NCBI GenBank assembly: GCA_963820525.1
Contig: CAWGAA010000001.1
Span: forward strand, 320,001-384,000
Reading direction: 5' to 3'
Length of the DNA: 64,000 nucleotides
From: an uncultured Spirochaetota bacterium
GTDB taxonomy: Bacteria; Spirochaetota; Spirochaetia; SZUA-6; Fen-1364
Shown here: one piece after another, positions 59,669 to 64,000 of the stretch
Layout of the letters: each line of letters starts with the position of its first letter
Position numbering within the stretch: the stretch's first letter is position 1
The notes under the pieces: model-generated
Told to the model about the DNA's origin: nothing
The model's input: only the letters and a program-made list of their open reading frames with translations
Database searches by the model: none
Made by a program: the position numbers and the translations under genes

Positions 59669-61516
59669 ATGGTGAGGGAAATGAAACATAACCCGACCGG
59701 CGAAAAGAAACTCGAGCAGTACGGCGTGTGGGTGAAAATCGAGCCCCAGGAGTTCACCGGCTCCCGCCAACCCGAAGCCGCTTTCGAGCTCACCGACCTC
59801 GAGGCCCCGACCGAAGAGCGCGAGCCCCTCTCCGAGCCTTCCGCGCAGGCGACCCTGACTCCCGAAGAAGAAGAGCTCTTGGACGAGCTGGAAACCGAGG
59901 TCTCGCACGCGGAGGGCGGCGAGCTCGCCGGCGAAGCCCCCGAGGCCGCCGGGCTGGAGGAATTGCCTTCTTTCTCGGCCGACGACACCCAGGCCGAAGG
60001 AATCGTGGAAATCGAAGCTGAGGTGCCGGGTGGGGAGGTCCTGCCCGACCTCGATCTTGCCGACATCGACTCGCTGGGAAAAGCGCCGGATGAAAGCGAA
60101 CAGGTCCCGTCTCTGCTCTCCGAAGACGTCTTAGAGATGCCCGAGGAAGTGTCCGTCGAAGTTCCGCTCTCCGACAATCTTCCGCAAGAGGAGCACTTCG
60201 ATGACCTCGCGGCGCTGGAAGAGCAGATCGCTTCCACCCCCGTCAGTGCACGGGACGGCGCTCCCGCCGGGGATAAATCAATCTCCAGCGACATCCTTGC
60301 CCGCATCGAAGACGAGCTGAAGTCAATCCGTACGGACCTCACCTCATTGAAGAAAGAGCTCACCGGCTTGAAGAAGACCACGAAAACCGCCGGCGGCGGC
60401 CGCGCCGCTTCCGAGGCTGAGGCGAGCGGCTTCTTCGACGAGGACGAGGACGAGACTATAGCTCTGACCGGGGATGAGCTGGACAACATTCTGAGCACCG
60501 CGGAAATCACGGAGGAGCCCGCCGAAGGCGCCGTGGTCGAGGGTCTGATTGAAGAGCAGGCCCCACAAGAGGCGGAAGCGCTTCCGAAGGACGAGGACAT
60601 TCTCAGCTATGAAATCCCCGCTTCCGAAGAGCGGGCTGCGGCCCCCGCGGAAGAGGGCATGGAAGCCGAGGCCGACCTGGAGGAGCTTTCCGAAGACCTG
60701 ACGCTCGCGGTGGAACCGTCCGCGGCCGGCGAAGGGGTGGATCTCGAGGCCGAGCCTCTCCAGATAGTCTCCGAAACGCCGGCGGAGCAGACCGCAGACG
60801 GTGAGCTTGAGCTGGAGCTGGAAGACCTCGATGCCGTCTCATCCTCCGTTGCTTCGAGGGAAGGCTTGATGGAAGGAGAGCCGGTCACTCTCGGCGAGAT
60901 TGCCGAGGAGAGCCCGGCAGCGCAAAAGATTGAAGGCTTCGAGCTTCAGCCCATTGGGGGAGAAGAAGGCGAGGCTGAAGAAGCCATAGACCTCGAGACT
61001 ATCCCCGAGATCGAAGAGGTGAGCGCCGCCGTTGAAGAGCCTGCCGCCTCGAAGGCCGCGAGCGCAGCCGAAGAGATCGATCTGGAGGCGCTCGAGCCGC
61101 TGGGCGAGCAGGCGCCGCAGGCTTCCTCCGCTTCCGAAGAGCCTTCCGACTTCGACCTCGACGAGCTGGAGGTGCTCACCGACGAGGGTTTGACCGCTGA
61201 AGAGAAGGGAATAGAAATAGCCTTCGAGGGGGACAAGACAGCAGCCCCTCTCGAGTCAGCCGAGGCGGAAGGCCTCGTCGAGGAGGCAGTGGAGGTCGAG
61301 GAGATTCCCATGGAGGAACCCCCTGCAAGAGAGCAGCCTCAGAAGGGCGGATCGGTGCCGGTCCCCGAGGACCTGAAGGGCGAGATCCGAACCGTATTAA
61401 AATATATGGACCAGCTTCTCGAAGCGCTTCCCGAGGAAAAAATCCAGGAGTTCGCAAGCTCCGAGTACTTCGTCATGTATAAAAAGCTCTTTGAGGATCT
61501 CGGACTAGGGGAGTAA
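59669..61516 (+). CDS. Highly acidic, low-complexity hypothetical protein
   Basis: E/D/A/P-rich linkers; ordered-looking blocks QYGVWVK, DETIALTGDELDNIL and YMDQLLEALPEEKI..FA.SEYF..YKKLFEDLGL. Confidence 0.8.
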   Translation: MVREMKHNPTGEKKLEQYGVWVKIEPQEFTGSRQPEAAFELTDLEAPTEEREPLSEPSAQATLTPEEEELLDELETEVSHAEGGELAGEAPEAAGLEELPSFSADDTQAEGIVEIEAEVPGGEVLPDLDLADIDSLGKAPDESEQVPSLLSEDVLEMPEEVSVEVPLSDNLPQEEHFDDLAALEEQIASTPVSARDGAPAGDKSISSDILARIEDELKSIRTDLTSLKKELTGLKKTTKTAGGGRAASEAEASGFFDEDEDETIALTGDELDNILSTAEITEEPAEGAVVEGLIEEQAPQEAEALPKDEDILSYEIPASEERAAAPAEEGMEAEADLEELSEDLTLAVEPSAAGEGVDLEAEPLQIVSETPAEQTADGELELELEDLDAVSSSVASREGLMEGEPVTLGEIAEESPAAQKIEGFELQPIGGEEGEAEEAIDLETIPEIEEVSAAVEEPAASKAASAAEEIDLEALEPLGEQAPQASSASEEPSDFDLDELEVLTDEGLTAEEKGIEIAFEGDKTAAPLESAEAEGLVEEAVEVEEIPMEEPPAREQPQKGGSVPVPEDLKGEIRTVLKYMDQLLEALPEEKIQEFASSEYFVMYKKLFEDLGLGE

Positions 61517-62800
61517 ATGGGGCTCCTTCAAAAAGCCGCCACGATTGCTCCGGGCAAAGGGCTGCTCCACAAGAGCCTCGAGATTCTCGCGGACAAAAAC
61601 GTCGAAAGATCCGTTCTCCTGACCCAGCAAGAGATCAACGAGCTTCTGGCCCATCGCAAGATCTCTCCGCCGCCCGTGAGAATTACGGAGAGCCTCGCGC
61701 CGCAGGCAATCCCCCGTACCTGGGCAGAGGCCGGGCTTTCGGCGCCCCCTTTGCGCGGGCCTCTCATCGACGCGACCGAGTTCGAAAAATCCCGTGGAGC
61801 GAAAAAAGCCCCTTATGCCGCGCCGCACAAGGTCGCGCCCCCTCCAGCGGAACACGCCGCCCCTGCCGCGGACCCCACGGAGAGCATCATCTCGGAGATC
61901 TTCGCCATCCCTTCCAGCGTTGAGCTGCCCTCGAAGGTCTTCGCAATACTCAAGGAGCGGCTCTCCATCGACAAGGGAGCGCTCCTGCTCTATGATCCCT
62001 CGCGCGCGGAGTTTGCCCCATGGGCCATCATCGGGTATGACACGACCACGATCCATCGCCTGCGCATCGCCCGCTCAGCCGGCCAAGAGCTTGCCGGCGG
62101 GGGCAACGGCAGGCCCCTCGTGGTCGCGCGGGCCAACGAGATCAAGACGTACGAGAAATACTTCTCCAGCCGTGAAATCGCTCTCATCGATAGGCTGATC
62201 CTCGTTCCCTTCATCTCCGCCGAAAATCTCCTCGCCATTCTCGTAATTTCCGCCTCTTCCCCGCCCTTCGCCACTGAAGAGGCGTTCTTTACCAGCCTGG
62301 AAAGGATAGCGGGAGCAGCTTCTCCCGCTGTCGAGAAGGCGCGGGAGGAAAGGCTGCGGGGAGTGGAGCCGAAAAGCGAAACTCCCTCGGCCACCCTCGA
62401 AGAGGAGCTGTCCCGGCTTCTCTCCTCTCCCACCCTGTCGCGCAAGAGAGTCCTGTTCCTCTCTCTTTCTCTGGAAGAGTACGAAAAGAGAATCCTCTCC
62501 GAGATCCCCTACCTCGATCCATTCCGTCTGGAAGAAGACATGCGGCACTTCATGCAGGCCTTCTCCGCGGATCTCGGCCGCGCCGTGCCCATCGGCAAGG
62601 CCTCCTATCTCATGGCCATCCAGGACCTCGAGAAGAAGAACCTGGACCTGTTCCTCCATCAGCTGCGGGTTTTTCTGGGCGCCTTCTTTGGAGAAGTCGA
62701 TGGGGCCGGGGTGCTCGACGATTCTTCAATCGAAAAGACGCGCTCTTTCCCCGATGACGGGGACAGCATCGCGGGCCTCGTCTCCTTCTTCTCCACCTGA
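61517..62800 (+). CDS. Hypothetical protein with GAF-like domain
   Basis: Starts immediately after the upstream stop; KGALLLYD...LILVPF...LLAILVI pattern. Confidence 0.65.
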   Translation: MGLLQKAATIAPGKGLLHKSLEILADKNVERSVLLTQQEINELLAHRKISPPPVRITESLAPQAIPRTWAEAGLSAPPLRGPLIDATEFEKSRGAKKAPYAAPHKVAPPPAEHAAPAADPTESIISEIFAIPSSVELPSKVFAILKERLSIDKGALLLYDPSRAEFAPWAIIGYDTTTIHRLRIARSAGQELAGGGNGRPLVVARANEIKTYEKYFSSREIALIDRLILVPFISAENLLAILVISASSPPFATEEAFFTSLERIAGAASPAVEKAREERLRGVEPKSETPSATLEEELSRLLSSPTLSRKRVLFLSLSLEEYEKRILSEIPYLDPFRLEEDMRHFMQAFSADLGRAVPIGKASYLMAIQDLEKKNLDLFLHQLRVFLGAFFGEVDGAGVLDDSSIEKTRSFPDDGDSIAGLVSFFST

Positions 62801-62807
62801 TTCCGCT

Positions 62808-64000
62808 ATGATCGAGGCTTTCACCGCCCGTTCAGGCCACCTCTCGCTGAGGGTGAACGGAATCGCTTTGCACTCACCTTATGACCCCGTGAAGGAAGCG
62901 GAAAGGTTCGCCGAGACCTCCCTCCCGGCGGATGTTCCCTCCACGATCGTGATCCTCGGAGAAGGGCTCGGCTATGCAACCGACGCTTTCCAGAGGCGTT
63001 TTCCCGGGTCCCGGGTGATTTCACTCCACTACTGCGAGGAAGCCTTCAAGCACAGCATCGCGAAGCCTTCCCTCTCGTGGCACCCCGATTCAGGCCAGGA
63101 GCTTGCCGATTTTGCGCGAGGCGCGATCGGAGAGCTCGAAGTCGAAGGCCTGCGCGTGGTGGAATGGCCCCCCTCAGCGCGGATCTTCCGCGAGAAGTCC
63201 CGGGAAGCCAACCGCTCGGTTCAGCAGGCTGTGCAGGAGGCGAGCGGGAGCTTCAGAACCACCGTCGGGTACGGCAGGACCTGGATCCGCAATGCCCTTC
63301 TCAATTTCCTCTCTTTCGATTTCATCCTGACGGGAGCACCGTGCGCTCCACGCTCCCGTATCCTGATCGCGGCCCCGGGGCCCAGCCTGGAGGGGTTGCT
63401 CCCCATGATCGCGAAAAAGCGCGCTTCCTTCGATATCTGGGCCCTTCCTTCCAGCCTCCTCGCTCTTGCCGACCGCGGGATTCGCCCCGATCTCGTCGTC
63501 TTGACCGATCCGGGCTACTGGTCAGCCATGCACCTGCACTTCTCGGGGATTCGCTGTCCTATCGCCATGCCTTTTTCCGCGGCGCCCGGCGCTTGGCGGA
63601 CAGCTTCGCCCATGCTTCCCCTTTTTCAGCCCACCTTTTTCGAGAGAGAGCTATTCAGCAGGGCCCGCATCTCCGCGCCGGAAGCCCCTCCGCACGGCAC
63701 GGTAGCTGCCACCGCGATCGAGCTGGCCCTCGCCTTCTCCCGCGAGCCCGTAATGGTGGCCGGGGCGGATATGTGCGTTCGCGACATCATCTCTCACGTC
63801 CGTCCCAACGCCTTTGACCGGCTTCTCTGGATGGGATCAGGAAGGTTTGCACCACACTACAGCACGAGCTTCCATCGGGCTTCGAGCATTCCCTTCGACA
63901 GCAGGAGGGACGCGGGACAGATCGTTCGAGTGCCCCTGCAGCTGAAAACCTACGCGGGGTGGCTCGGCTCTTCACGCGGGGGAAATGTTCTCCGCCTTCG
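62808..64000 (+). CDS. MptE-like/DUF115 (motility accessory factor-like) protein, 3' end outside window
   Basis: Partly translated by hand: LHSPYDPVKEA, ILGEGLGY, GRTWIRN, AAPGPSL; no stop seen. Confidence 0.75.
   Translation, partial: MIEAFTARSGHLSLRVNGIALHSPYDPVKEAERFAETSLPADVPSTIVILGEGLGYATDAFQRRFPGSRVISLHYCEEAFKHSIAKPSLSWHPDSGQELADFARGAIGELEVEGLRVVEWPPSARIFREKSREANRSVQQAVQEASGSFRTTVGYGRTWIRNALLNFLSFDFILTGAPCAPRSRILIAAPGPSLEGLLPMIAKKRASFDIWALPSSLLALADRGIRPDLVVLTDPGYWSAMHLHFSGIRCPIAMPFSAAPGAWRTASPMLPLFQPTFFERELFSRARISAPEAPPHGTVAATAIELALAFSREPVMVAGADMCVRDIISHVRPNAFDRLLWMGSGRFAPHYSTSFHRASSIPFDSRRDAGQIVRVPLQLKTYAGWLGSSRGGNVLRL

Overview
GC-rich bacterial chromosomal window, very probably from a spirochaete. 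This is inferred from a standalone groES near an alternative sigma-70 gene, murG-holB-HK-sigma54-activator synteny, and spirochaete-type hypothetical proteins. Most of it is housekeeping: UvrD helicase, groES, DinG-type helicase, PNP, asd-lysC-dapF-like, murG, a TPP-riboswitch thiamine ABC operon, uvrB, htrA, comM/yifB, rnhA, two convergent tRNA-Met genes, an amino-acid ABC transporter, rpsU, recJ, pdp, thpR, recO, lon, tsaC and ftsB. One complete IS1182-family element has 17-bp TIRs and a CTAG duplication. Most notable: (1) a coupled operon with two paralogous class III nucleotide cyclases whose catalytic residues are complementary (candidate obligate heterodimer), next to a PDZ/multi-TM histidine-kinase-like sensor lacking its phospho-His; (2) a STAND-like NTPase-TM-PEGA gene coupled to a TPR/beta-barrel gene, with a divergent FecR-TPR gene; (3) a perfect sigma-54 promoter with candidate enhancer and operator sites in front of an RpoS-like sigma gene; (4) a caspase-family lipoprotein with a beta-barrel partner; (5) a 4x51-bp in-frame tandem insertion at an RBS; (6) an IS inserted into a large GC palindrome; (7) two +1 frameshifts, several degenerate enzymes, and a probable ATA start for rpsU. 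All calls are from motif recognition by eye; no database searches were run.
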